Shown: positions 46,616 through 56,710 of the stretch, one piece after another
Layout: each line of letters begins with the position of its first letter
How positions within the stretch are numbered: position 1 is the first letter of the stretch
Assembly (NCBI GenBank): GCA_977862235.1
Contig: OZ374562.1
Span: forward strand, 1 to 64,000
Length of the DNA: 64,000 nucleotides
Reading direction: 5' to 3'
Source of the DNA: Dudresnaya verticillata
Lineage: Eukaryota
Position numbers and translations under genes: made by a program
Notes under the pieces: generated by a model
The model's database searches: none
What the model was told of the DNA's origin: nothing
Seen by the model: the letters and a program-made list of their open reading frames with translations, nothing else

Positions 46616-48345
46616 ATTAAACCGGGAGCTCCAACAGGAGTTGATTCATTAGAGGTACCAAGACCTACTGAATTCAGGAAGGCTGAGTGTTGACAGTTCT
46701 GCCGCAGAGGAAAGCCGGTTTGAGGCTCAGCGGGGCACGCCCACGATCGGTCGGAGAACCGGATTGCTCTCAAAGTACGGGCTGTTGCAGAGCTGCCACG
46801 CAACCGCTCGACGCTTCTCCGTGTGGCAGCTGCTCGTCGCTTCTCCCTGCATTCGAAGCCCCGCGGTACTCGTGATGACTGTAACTGACAGTGGTACCGC
46901 ATGATGTACAAGTGTGTCGCAGAATGTATTCCATCAACGCCCATTGGGTAATACGCAGCTTGACATACGGTCATTGCGAATTGGGAGCAGCACAGCACTC
47001 AGAACGTGTGAAAATAGTAAGCAATCAGACAAAGTCCTCAAGGACTGCTGCACTACAGCTGTGCAGTACAGAGCCGCGAGTTTCTCGAATGCGAATGAGA
47101 GCTACTCAGTGTCATGCAAACTCTCGAAAATTTGGCCTCACACTGGTCGCTACTGTGTATCTGTTCTCGGATTCATATTCATAAAAGAAGGGGGATGTGT
47201 TGGATCTCTACACGCAATCGGAAATTCGAACGTCCCCCAGCCATCCATCCTTGTCGAAGCCCACAATGCGCCTGCCGTTTCGTTGCACAGATGGCAATGG
47301 ATTCATACCATTAACATTTCTTGGCTGGGACAGAGCCAATTCGGCATTCACAACCTGTACAGCAGGTGCCATGATATTTCGAGTGCTTTGTTTATTCCAC
47401 TACCAAACACCGCTTCAGGATTGCTAGAAGAAAACAAGTGAACGTTGAAAGGAAAACAAGAGTTGCAAGCAGAAAGATAAGGGTCCTATTTTACAGTTCT
47501 ATTCACTGTTGTTTGAATCCAAAATACTTTGATTTCAAGCACAGGGTAGAGGAGAACCGGAAGTTTCGCGATCCGGGCTATTAGCGCTGACGATCAAGTC
47601 TCATTTGCTCTTCGCTCTGCCGAAAAGCGGTTGTTGGGCCTGAGCGGGATAGAATCCTCAAGGGCTTTTCGTCATAAAGACCCCAAAGCTCCTGGAACCG
47701 TGGGATGTTTCGACGGTCTTCTGTGATTGCAAACGATCAACGCCCACCCACAGACGCTGCCGTGAAACAGAATCCTCCCAGTTCCAGATACTTCAAAACG
47801 GGTATTTCCTATTGCGAAAATTCCCTTCGCAGCTGGATTGGAGCCTTATACACGGTTGGAGACCCAGTCGTGATGCAATTTCTTCTTCCTTCTTGCGAAG
47901 GCTTTCTGAAGGACTCGCATGAGGTGGCATGAGCATGGAGTTGTCCCCCCTGCTTGAACGTGCCCTTACAGCTTGGTTTCGTAGGGCATTCGATTTGACT
48001 GTTATGTGGACTGCGAGGTGCAGACTTGATGATGAAACCAGGCGTGACTCGTAGTCGACGAAGAAGATTTATCCGAGGGGATTCGAAGGACTGGTGTCTT
48101 GCATTTCTCGTCTGTCTGGAGAAGGCATGTATGAGAGCAGAAGTTAAAAGTGCACTTGCTTTTGCGCTTTCCAGCCGTTGACAGTGTCCTTGTTACAGCC
48201 CGACAACTGCATCCGGAAGCAAGCAGCTGCACGGTACCAATGTACTATTACAGTGGGATTCTTAGAAGTCATTGCCAAGCCCCCAAGTCCGTATACCAGG
48301 GAGCTATCATGGACGCCTAAGGTGTTGTGGACATTGACGTCGAAG

Positions 48346-49524
48346 TCAGTAGTTGCAGCTGCGTATATAGCAATCGTTCTTAACAGCAGTTATGATGTGT
48401 TTGTCCTTAACCTTTTCGTACTCTAGTTCATCCACTTGGGTAATGCCAACTTCTTCCACCAGTTTTCGGGACACGGCAAAGAATCTCTGTACTCTACTGC
48501 GATACGGGTCAAAACGAAGAGGGCGTTTCGTCTTTCGTTTCCGAGTCTCTGGATCCTGCACTCGGGAGACGGAGGTGATATCTGTCTTATTATGCCGTTG
48601 AGAACCGTTAGCCCATGACTTGCCAGCCTTTGCCGCTTTCAAGCTTCCGAACGAAGCCCCCAAATCACGGGTAAGGAAGATAATCGGTAGGTTCATTCGC
48701 TTTGCTTCTTGAAGTAGGCGTCGAACTCGCTCCTGATATTGAAGGACTGCTAACGGAAAGACCTTGATAGAGTTGTTGCTTTGAACATACTGAGCGGCGT
48801 CTTCCGCAGAAATATTGAGGACAGGACCATTTTGGGCAAGAACCCAGAGTTCTGAGTTAAGGTTGACAAATCGGTTGTAACCCCGTTTACCAGACGAGTC
48901 ATAGCTCGTGTACTTGCAGCGCTCAATGGAATTTATGAGCCAAGTGCTGCCGTGACGCGGTGCGGAAAAGAGGATGGCATGCGGGCATTGTGGAAGGCCT
49001 GGGTTCTCCGAGTTGGGTGGTGGCACGGGCTCAGAAGCAGCAGAGTGGTGAGCGGTGACGGAGTGGTTTGTGTGAGGATCCGAAGCAAGTTGAGGATCTT
49101 TGTCTGTCGACGAGTGATTGAGAGATGGGCTTTTGAAAGCACCGGCAGAGGCGGTATGGGTGAAATTGTGTTCTGCAGGCAGATTGGCAGATTCGATTTG
49201 GTTGGGAGATGTGTCATTGGTGTTGGGGTGCAGCTGAGACTGCGGAGATAGGTTTGGTTGGGGAGGTTGGGAATGTTGGTCGGGTGGATTGCGGGGCTCA
49301 AGTGGTTCGGTAGGGGGGCCATGCAGTAGAGACGAAAAGAAAGGCTTGCTCTGTCCAACTGGAACAGAAATGGAATCGGGATGATGTAAGTGGGGGATGA
49401 GAATGGCTGAGAGAGTGAGAATGAAGGCGCACAGGAAGAAGAGAAGGATGGGAAGGCGGCATTTGGCGGGAGCGTCGGTAGCCGGTGGCTTCTTGCGGGA
49501 TTTGACGTAGACTGGTACGCTCAT
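48346..49524 (-). CDS. Type II membrane sulfotransferase-like protein (RHGSTW family, member D; long Pro/His/Ser stem)
   Basis: TM anchor; ~130-aa stem; QCPHAILFSAPRHGSTWLINSIERC; ELW; IKVFP; PIIFLTRDLGASFGSLKAAKAGKSW; CYIRSCNY. Confidence 0.8.
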   Translation of the reverse strand: MSVPVYVKSRKKPPATDAPAKCRLPILLFFLCAFILTLSAILIPHLHHPDSISVPVGQSKPFFSSLLHGPPTEPLEPRNPPDQHSQPPQPNLSPQSQLHPNTNDTSPNQIESANLPAEHNFTHTASAGAFKSPSLNHSSTDKDPQLASDPHTNHSVTAHHSAASEPVPPPNSENPGLPQCPHAILFSAPRHGSTWLINSIERCKYTSYDSSGKRGYNRFVNLNSELWVLAQNGPVLNISAEDAAQYVQSNNSIKVFPLAVLQYQERVRRLLQEAKRMNLPIIFLTRDLGASFGSLKAAKAGKSWANGSQRHNKTDITSVSRVQDPETRKRKTKRPLRFDPYRSRVQRFFAVSRKLVEEVGITQVDELEYEKVKDKHIITAVKNDCYIRSCNY

Positions 49525-49701
49525 GTGGTGGTAAAGGTGGGGCCGGGCGGCGGGGGGAGGCGGGAGAAAAGGGACTTGGGTGTGCAGGATGGGATGGGGA
49601 CGCGGACGGGGATGGGGGCACGGGGGGCGGGGGCGGTGAACATGCGAGGGAATGGGCGGGGTGCGGGCTGGTTTGTCTCTGAAGGAGAGGGTGACAGAGA
49701 G

Positions 49702-49702
<1 letters not shown>

Positions 49703-49753
<51 letters not shown>
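49703..49753. repeat. (TG)~25 microsatellite
   Basis: Perfect run about 180 bp upstream of the minus-strand start at 49524. Confidence 0.97.
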
Positions 49754-49756
<3 letters not shown>

Positions 49757-50181
49757 ATTGTGGTTGTTTATTAAACGATGGCTGCGGGGGGATGCGCCGT
49801 GGCGGATATGGGGTTTTTACATTACGGTTGCGGTGGTCGGGGGGACCAAAGTGGCGCGAAATAGCGGGTGGGGATGTTGTGGCTCTGTGCGTGCGGCGCG
49901 AGTGCGTCGAAGGTGCGTGCGTTAATGCGTGATACAGTAGCGCCGCGAGTTGGCCACTCTGTCGTTCGGTTGCGCGCTTTGCGTACAGTACCAACGGCCG
50001 TCGAGACATGTGCAGTGTCGTCCACTTCTTTTCCCATAGTGTCATCAGGCACGTCTTAGTGTCTTGTGACACTTGTCTGACACACTCACACACACACACA
50101 CGAGTCTTTATTCACGCTTACACCCGCCACCATGATGTAATAAATGTTTACAGCGCTGTACGAACCGCCTTTTTCGCTTGT

Positions 50182-50262
50182 CCCGCCTCTCCCGCCCCTC
50201 ACCGCCTCTCCCGCCTCTCCCGCCTCTCCCGCCTCCCCCGCCCCTCCCTCCCGCCTCTCCCA
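50182..50262. repeat. Imperfect 9-bp tandem repeat (ccgcctctc)n
   Basis: Several copies directly visible just beyond the stop codon of the 50381-51466 gene. Confidence 0.75.
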
Positions 50263-50380
50263 CCGCTCCGGACCCTCCCGCCCTCGCCGACCAAACTCAC
50301 CCTCTTTTTACCGAACTTCGTACTGTACTGCTTACCCTCACAATCAGCGACCGCCAGCGCACATCCCCCCGATCCGCACA

Positions 50381-51466
50381 TCAGTCATGCGCCCCTTGCA
50401 GCTTGATCTCCCCATTGTCAAACTTGGCCCACGCCCGCTCGTTGATCCTCAGCTCGCGATGCCCGGTCGAGACCCCGCGCGTACTCTCCGACCCGCCAAA
50501 CTTGTGCGCATACTTGCCCCTCTCAATCTCCTCCGCCTTGTCCAGCATCTCCACCGTCGAGATCTCCCCCTTGGTCACCAGCAGCGGGTACCCGGCCAGC
50601 ACCAGCAGCCGCCGCCTCAACACGTCCACCTGCGCGTCCAGGTCTCCGTACAGCCGCGCGTACGCCGCCCGCACGTCCGCCACCTCGTCGCACGCAGACC
50701 CGGCCGAGTTGCGCCGACCCACGTCCAGCGTCGCGTTGGGGAACACCCCGCGGAACACCGTTGTGGACAGCGCCGGGTGCGCCGCGCTCAGCGGCAGGTC
50801 AATGTACGTGCTGGCGTCCTCCGCGCCGCGCCCCGCCCACCGGTAGTACCGCTGCGACAGTGCCGCCTTGCCCTCCAGGCACCGCACCAGCTCCGCGTCG
50901 CACTTCTCAACGTGCTGCCCGTACCGGCAGTACGACGTCACCTGCTTGTACCCGTCCAGCACCGTGTCCACGATCACCGTGCGCCGCCCCGCCGTGTCGT
51001 TGCGGCTGATCGCGTTGTGCGTCGCGATGAACAGCTTGCGCGGGTGTAGCTTGCTGTTCTCGCCTCGTACCACGTTTCTCAGCTGTTGCCTCTCGTGGTA
51101 CAGCGACAAATAGTCGTGCCCTTCCAGCGCGTGCAGCAGCTGTTCCAGCATTGACGAACTCCCCGTCTTTTTCGTTCGCCGGTAGATGATCACCTCGGGC
51201 ACGTTTCCCACTTTGCCCCCCGCGTTTGTGTCTTCTCGCACAATGCTTTGGATCACTTGAGGTTGTTGCTGTGGTTGTTGTTGTAGGTATTGTTGTTGTT
51301 GTTCGTGGTGGTGTTGCTCATGTGATCGTTCTAGTGACTTGACTAGCGACGTGATGTACATAGAATGTACCAGGATAAAGACGACCAAAACGGCAAAGAA
51401 GACATACTGGGCCTTTGCAGCGCCTACTGGGCTCTGCTGCTTCATCATCCACGAGCTCTTTATCAT
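50381..51466 (-). CDS. Type II membrane carbohydrate-sulfotransferase-like protein (distinct from the RHGSTW family)
   Basis: TM YVFFAVLVVFILVHSMYI, Gln/His-rich stem, then IIYRRTKKTGSSSM (5'-PAPS loop, KTGS type), a THN strand, and DTVLDGYKQVTSY. Start may be 51466 or 51448. Confidence 0.72.
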   Translation of the reverse strand: MIKSSWMMKQQSPVGAAKAQYVFFAVLVVFILVHSMYITSLVKSLERSHEQHHHEQQQQYLQQQPQQQPQVIQSIVREDTNAGGKVGNVPEVIIYRRTKKTGSSSMLEQLLHALEGHDYLSLYHERQQLRNVVRGENSKLHPRKLFIATHNAISRNDTAGRRTVIVDTVLDGYKQVTSYCRYGQHVEKCDAELVRCLEGKAALSQRYYRWAGRGAEDASTYIDLPLSAAHPALSTTVFRGVFPNATLDVGRRNSAGSACDEVADVRAAYARLYGDLDAQVDVLRRRLLVLAGYPLLVTKGEISTVEMLDKAEEIERGKYAHKFGGSESTRGVSTGHRELRINERAWAKFDNGEIKLQGAHD

Positions 51467-53693
51467 GACAAAGCCAAAGCACAGCTGGGCCTAGGAAATG
51501 CAGAGCGCTCGGTGAGGTTGTGCGGTGCGGGTTGGAGAGGCCGAGCAACAAAACGTGGTTTGCAAGAGAGCGGATGGTACCAATAGCAGCGGACGTTGCA
51601 GACAGGCAGGCAGGCGAGGTGGTGAACCAAGAGTGCTGGTGAGACGTGGGCTGGATGTCACTGGAGAAAGCATTTCCGCGACTGTCAGCACACGCCGTAG
51701 GCGCCTATGTTGGATGGGTGCGGCGGTGGGGCTTTGCAGACATGGTGCGTGTGACGGGCGTGGTCTGCGCAAGGAAGGGATGCGAAAGGCCGGAAATGGG
51801 GTTGACTCATGGTGGCTCAAGGCGACTGCGCCAAGAACAATGTGCTTGCTATTTGTGCAGCATACGGCACGATATGGAAAATATAGCGCATATATTCGCG
51901 TTAATCTGTTAATACGGACAGGCGACCGCCAAATCTTGTTTTTGGCTTCTTTTTGGGGACATGCTCCTTGTGGGACACGAGCCGTATTATACGGGACCCA
52001 TCTAAGCCGCCTTACAGTGCTTGCAAACAAATGACATGGCGGCGGCAACCTTCGCTCTCTTCGTTCAAGCCGAGAGATCTCAAGCAGAGCCCCCTCTGCT
52101 CGAGCTGCCAAAGGGTCAACACTACTTTGTGTCTAGAGACAAACTACCTGACAATCACTGAGTCACGTCAGAACTACTTCATATGCCCCACTTCTTCCAC
52201 TCATTAGCCATACCCAGCCACACCCAAAAGCCTATCTGACTCGACTAGTACCGCGCGTCTTTAAAAGGGCCAACCTCTGTTTCTTGCTTGTACCAACTAC
52301 TGTTCCCGCCGAGCTGTCCGTCCGCAACAACGGAAAACGAGAAGTGGATTCATTGCCTGTTCCCGCACGAAAAGTTCGCGCTCCCTCAATTGACCGTTGC
52401 ATTCCTAAGACGCCGCTTTGCGAATCCCGCTCCCGCCCACCGCATATCGCAACAACCTGCTTGCGCAAGGTCTTCCCTCAAATCCCCACAGTCCATCATC
52501 TTGTCACAAACTGTTGCCTTTCCATTCTGTCAACGCTCTAAACTCTACCCACCGAGCCCTTGCAGCAGCATCAAGCTCCAGAAATCTCCACCCCCTGCTT
52601 TTGCAGGTCCATGGCAATGGCAGTACATGGCACAGTTGAGTGGATTCAGACACTTCTTCGGTTAACTCGGGAAACTCTGCACTGAGTCTGGCGCAAACGA
52701 GACATTCTGCGATGCATCCAAGCTTTACGCTGCGCTTGTGCTCTTCCGGAACATATGACGAGATCTGAGACATGCTGATACCGCCATTTGGCGGCACCTT
52801 CGCGTTGTATTTCTTACGCTGGCCGGGGGGGCAGAGAGTCGTCTACGCCATCACGTGGGAGCACGCGCCTGGGCTCCCAAATTGAATTGCTGACCTTGCT
52901 TCTCAGCGCGCCCTGCCCCTGCGCCTTTGCTCTCATTCGCTCTTTCCGGCTCGGCTCGTATCCAGCGTCTAGTAGATACCCTTGAGAACGTTTCGCCCAT
53001 AGCATCACGGAATTACTTGCGTACCACCAGCCGAGTCCACAACGTTTTTGGTAAAGAAGAGAAGAAGAGAAAGAAGCAGTGTACAAGGAGACGACGACGA
53101 TTGTGGCATTTGTACTCAGATAACGTCGTCACTTAACTGCTCAGAGAAGGCCCAGAGAAGCGAAGGAATTCTGCTTGCGAAGAGGATGGAGAGCCAGTAC
53201 GGTGCAGGCGCGCCATTTGGGTGGCTGCTCGGGATTGCTTCGGGCCGATGAGACAAGGAGAGGAGGCGCGAAGAAGGGCAAGGACCGTGGCGCAGGACAG
53301 GCGGATGACTCGGATGGGGGACGAGCCAGGGCCCTGACGAGAGCCCGTTTTGATGACCAATATAAGGGCCAAACGTCTCTATTTTCGGTATAATCCAGGC
53401 CTGCCCTGAACGGCTGGAAATGCCCCACTGCGCCACCCAAACGGCGCTTCTAACAAAGTTCGAAGACTCATCGCGCCATTGCACTGCTGCGCCCTTCGTT
53501 TGCTTCTGCTTGCCACCCAAACTACCTTGTGTCTGTCACCTCTCCGCTGCACCCCTTCCGCGTCGGGACCTTTGCCCTCGCCCACGTCTTCTTCCGCCCT
53601 TCTAGCTCTACTGCTGGTCCGTCTCACCCACCACAGCCTCCTTGCGCAGCCGCCCCGTTTGCGACCACTGCGCCCGCACAGGCTCAATTCGCA

Positions 53694-54677
53694 ATGGTTC
53701 TGCGTTGGCTCTTCGGCGGCTCCAGCTCTGCGCAGACCCCGTCCGCGCCACCAGAGGAGGAGGACGAGTATGCCACGGCCGCGGACCGCGAGCTGGGCCC
53801 GGGTGACTCCACCCCGGCGGGCGGCGTCCCGGGCATGGAACTTCCAAACTCGCTAGCAGTTCCGCTCACCGCCATCCCGTCTTTCATGGTCGACGACCGC
53901 CCTGAGCTCCGTCTGTCTGCATACAACCTCGGCCGTGGCCAGTACGCTTCCAACGTCCTCGCTCTCACCCACAACGCAGTACGGCTCGAAATGGCTGATA
54001 TGTGGGGCGACATCCTCCCCAGTCTGCAGAGTCGCTGTGAGGAGGGCGCGGAGATCGCCCTCGCCAGCGAGGATGCCGTCGATATTCGCAACTGGTGGTC
54101 TGGCTTCGCGCGCTTTGCGCTCACGGCGAGCCTGGTCGACGATACGGTCGCCAAGAAGGCATATTCCGATGTGTATGTGGGCTTTGACAAGGAGACCAAG
54201 GGTATTGAAAAGATGTTCCAAAAAGTCCAGGAGAAGAACAATGTCTATCTGGAGCTTGCTGTGAAGAAGATGGCAAAGGCCGTACATCAGTTTGAGGATG
54301 ACATCACGGCGAGTGGCTTCACCACCCTGGTAAAGGCCTGGCAGCTCCTCGCGTCTATGCTGGCCGACATTTACGCAGAGTCGGAAGCGTTGGTCGCGGC
54401 TATTGATGCATGGATCCGCGAGCCTTTTGAATACAAGGATCTGGAGAAACAGGCCACGAAGATCTTTACGAACAAGAAGCGGTGGGGTGAGGACGATTCC
54501 AAGAGAGGCGAGATGATCGTCATCCTGTGTAGATGGGTCGGTACGGAGGAGCTAATGCGGGAGTGGATGTTCCGCAACCTCACCAAGAAGGAGCTGCGGA
54601 GTTCAGATAAGTGGATGGACGACTATCGCGATCGAAGGCTGGCCATTATTGACCGCTTCCATCAGAAAAAAGTCTAA
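53694..54677 (+). CDS. Conserved-looking all-helical protein, possibly a degenerate hemerythrin-like fold
   Basis: Strong coding-type codon pattern from ATG 53694 (MVLRWLFGG). LALTHNAVRLEM resembles the first helix of hemerythrin/HHE domains. The family call is tentative. Confidence 0.7.
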   Translation: MVLRWLFGGSSSAQTPSAPPEEEDEYATAADRELGPGDSTPAGGVPGMELPNSLAVPLTAIPSFMVDDRPELRLSAYNLGRGQYASNVLALTHNAVRLEMADMWGDILPSLQSRCEEGAEIALASEDAVDIRNWWSGFARFALTASLVDDTVAKKAYSDVYVGFDKETKGIEKMFQKVQEKNNVYLELAVKKMAKAVHQFEDDITASGFTTLVKAWQLLASMLADIYAESEALVAAIDAWIREPFEYKDLEKQATKIFTNKKRWGEDDSKRGEMIVILCRWVGTEELMREWMFRNLTKKELRSSDKWMDDYRDRRLAIIDRFHQKKV

Positions 54678-55279
54678 TGGTGTAGAATATGTGCTATAGA
54701 CTCCTTCGTTGTTGTAAGACCACTGCAGTAGATACGGTGCCACGCTCTATTCTTGTTTAGCTGCTCACTTGTTTCGTTGTTGACCCAAAATTTTAGTAAG
54801 ACCAGCACCAGCCATACGAATCGACCGACACATGCGTTGTGAGAAACACTGTTCATTGCAGCAGCGAGCATTTGACGCTCCACGCGTAAAGCTACCTAAA
54901 GTGTCTTGCGAAATGACTTTCGAACTAGCAGAAGATGCAGCAATGAGCTTATTTACATTGGTACAGCTGTTGAGGATCTGTTCTAGAGTGAAACCGCAGC
55001 AAGCCTCCGTCTCCTCTACGAAAAATGTCTGACACGGGACTAAGGCACGAGAGCAAAACTCTTTGAATGCAAACATCCGAAGGCTTTCACAAACGGGTCC
55101 TACCTCTCGTTCTGCGCAGGCTCTCCCCAGCAGTATGAAATCAGGCCCTCAGGATGGTGTTCTTTCCGGGCGACTATCGATCCGAGGACGTCTACCCTTA
55201 GGTAACCACTCAACTCCAAACATGCACAGACCCTCGTGGCGATTCTCAAAGTCAGAATACTGATCATTAGACTTGACCT

Positions 55280-56710
55280 CTAAGTAGATGTTTTCCTTGG
55301 TTGCTGTCCGCCATTGGCATTAGCCGCAATACCATTGCTAGCGACAGTTCTGTTCCCTTGCGCAGGAACTGACGATCCGTTCATCGCAGACTTAACTGCT
55401 ACTGGTGCTCCAGTCGTCATCGTAGCTGCAGAAGGCCACTGCTTTGGCATCGTTGTGTCACCGATGGATCGCAAGATGCGAGTTTTCGCCTCTAATAAGC
55501 CGTCGTGCTTACTCGCCTGGAAGCGGCTGTAGTCCAGAACAACAGACGCCACCTCGATCGCGCGCTCTGAATCACGGGTCTTCATGGTTACAATGCTTCT
55601 AGCATGGAGCGCCGCAACCATGTTGGCCACATCTTCGAGCCCAACACCCCACAGCAGAGACAAGACGGGGTACCCAACCCACTCGGCACTTGCCAGTGCA
55701 CCCAACGACGCGATAGCGGCTTGCACGCCGCCCTCTGCGGGCCACCTGGCACCCGAGCGGAGGCGGACAGAAATAACTAGCTCGTCCAACGAGCGAAACA
55801 GGCCAGAGATCTGCCCAAACTGTGCAAAGCTGCTTTGCAGGTACTTGCGGTAGTGCTCCCAAATAGCGTCCTTCCCAGAGGGGGAGGTCGAAGTCGCTAA
55901 CAGACGCTTCACAGCACCACCAGCGACAGCGAGCGCAAGTGGAAGCCCGGCGCATTTTTGCAGCACAGTAGCAGCCGGGGAACTAGGGCGGTCGACTAGG
56001 ACGTCAAAAGCGGAGCGGGAGAATTCCGCGTGGGCGCAGAGGATGGAACGCGACGCGTGACCCGTAGGAGGGCGAGGTCGGACCGGGAGTGCCGCGCGCG
56101 GCGAAAGGTTCTTGGCGGTTTCTGCAGCCCGAGTGGCGGCGAGCACGGCCGAGGCTGCACCTGGGGCGGACACGGTGGCAACCAAGCGGATGATCAGGGC
56201 AGACAGGGCCGGCGGAGCCAAGGAGTGGTCAGTGGCGTCGTCGACGAGCAGCAACATGCGTTTCGTGGAAAGGGTCCGGGCCAGTACCGAGACTTCTTCC
56301 ATCGGGTCCGCATTTGTTGATACCTCCGGTGGAGAGCTGGTGGATACAGAGGAGATGATGGCCGAGAGGGCATATAGTAGGGAGGAGGGAGTGGTAGAAG
56401 GAGTGAGGGCGAGGAGGGCGACGCCGTCTCGGAAGTGGGCGACAATGGGGGTGTGGTGGGCGACGGCGCGTAGGGCTACGGTCTTTCCCGTTCCCGGGAG
56501 ACCGTACATTGTGACGGAGCGGGTGACCGAAGAGAGCAAGAGCGCGGAGGCGCGAGCCTCCGGCGCGATCGACGTCTCGGAGAGGTCGACGTGGTAGTGC
56601 GGGGGGTTTTGGCGCACGGTTGGTGGGGCATGGCGGCGGCGCTTGCGCGGACGTGCAAACGGGCGAGGCGGCGGTGTCTGCGGTGCCGCAGCAGGAGTTT
56701 TGGTTGACAT
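55280..56710 (-). CDS. NB-ARC (STAND NTPase) protein without recognisable sensor repeats
   Basis: Walker A MYGLPGTGKT; RNBS-A HFRDGV; Walker B MLLLVDDA; sensor VLAATR; GLPL motif CAGLPLALAVAG; winged-helix LSLLW. Start at 56710 (MSTKTP) or 56821. Confidence 0.88.
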   Translation of the reverse strand: MSTKTPAAAPQTPPPRPFARPRKRRRHAPPTVRQNPPHYHVDLSETSIAPEARASALLLSSVTRSVTMYGLPGTGKTVALRAVAHHTPIVAHFRDGVALLALTPSTTPSSLLYALSAIISSVSTSSPPEVSTNADPMEEVSVLARTLSTKRMLLLVDDATDHSLAPPALSALIIRLVATVSAPGAASAVLAATRAAETAKNLSPRAALPVRPRPPTGHASRSILCAHAEFSRSAFDVLVDRPSSPAATVLQKCAGLPLALAVAGGAVKRLLATSTSPSGKDAIWEHYRKYLQSSFAQFGQISGLFRSLDELVISVRLRSGARWPAEGGVQAAIASLGALASAEWVGYPVLSLLWGVGLEDVANMVAALHARSIVTMKTRDSERAIEVASVVLDYSRFQASKHDGLLEAKTRILRSIGDTTMPKQWPSAATMTTGAPVAVKSAMNGSSVPAQGNRTVASNGIAANANGGQQPRKTST

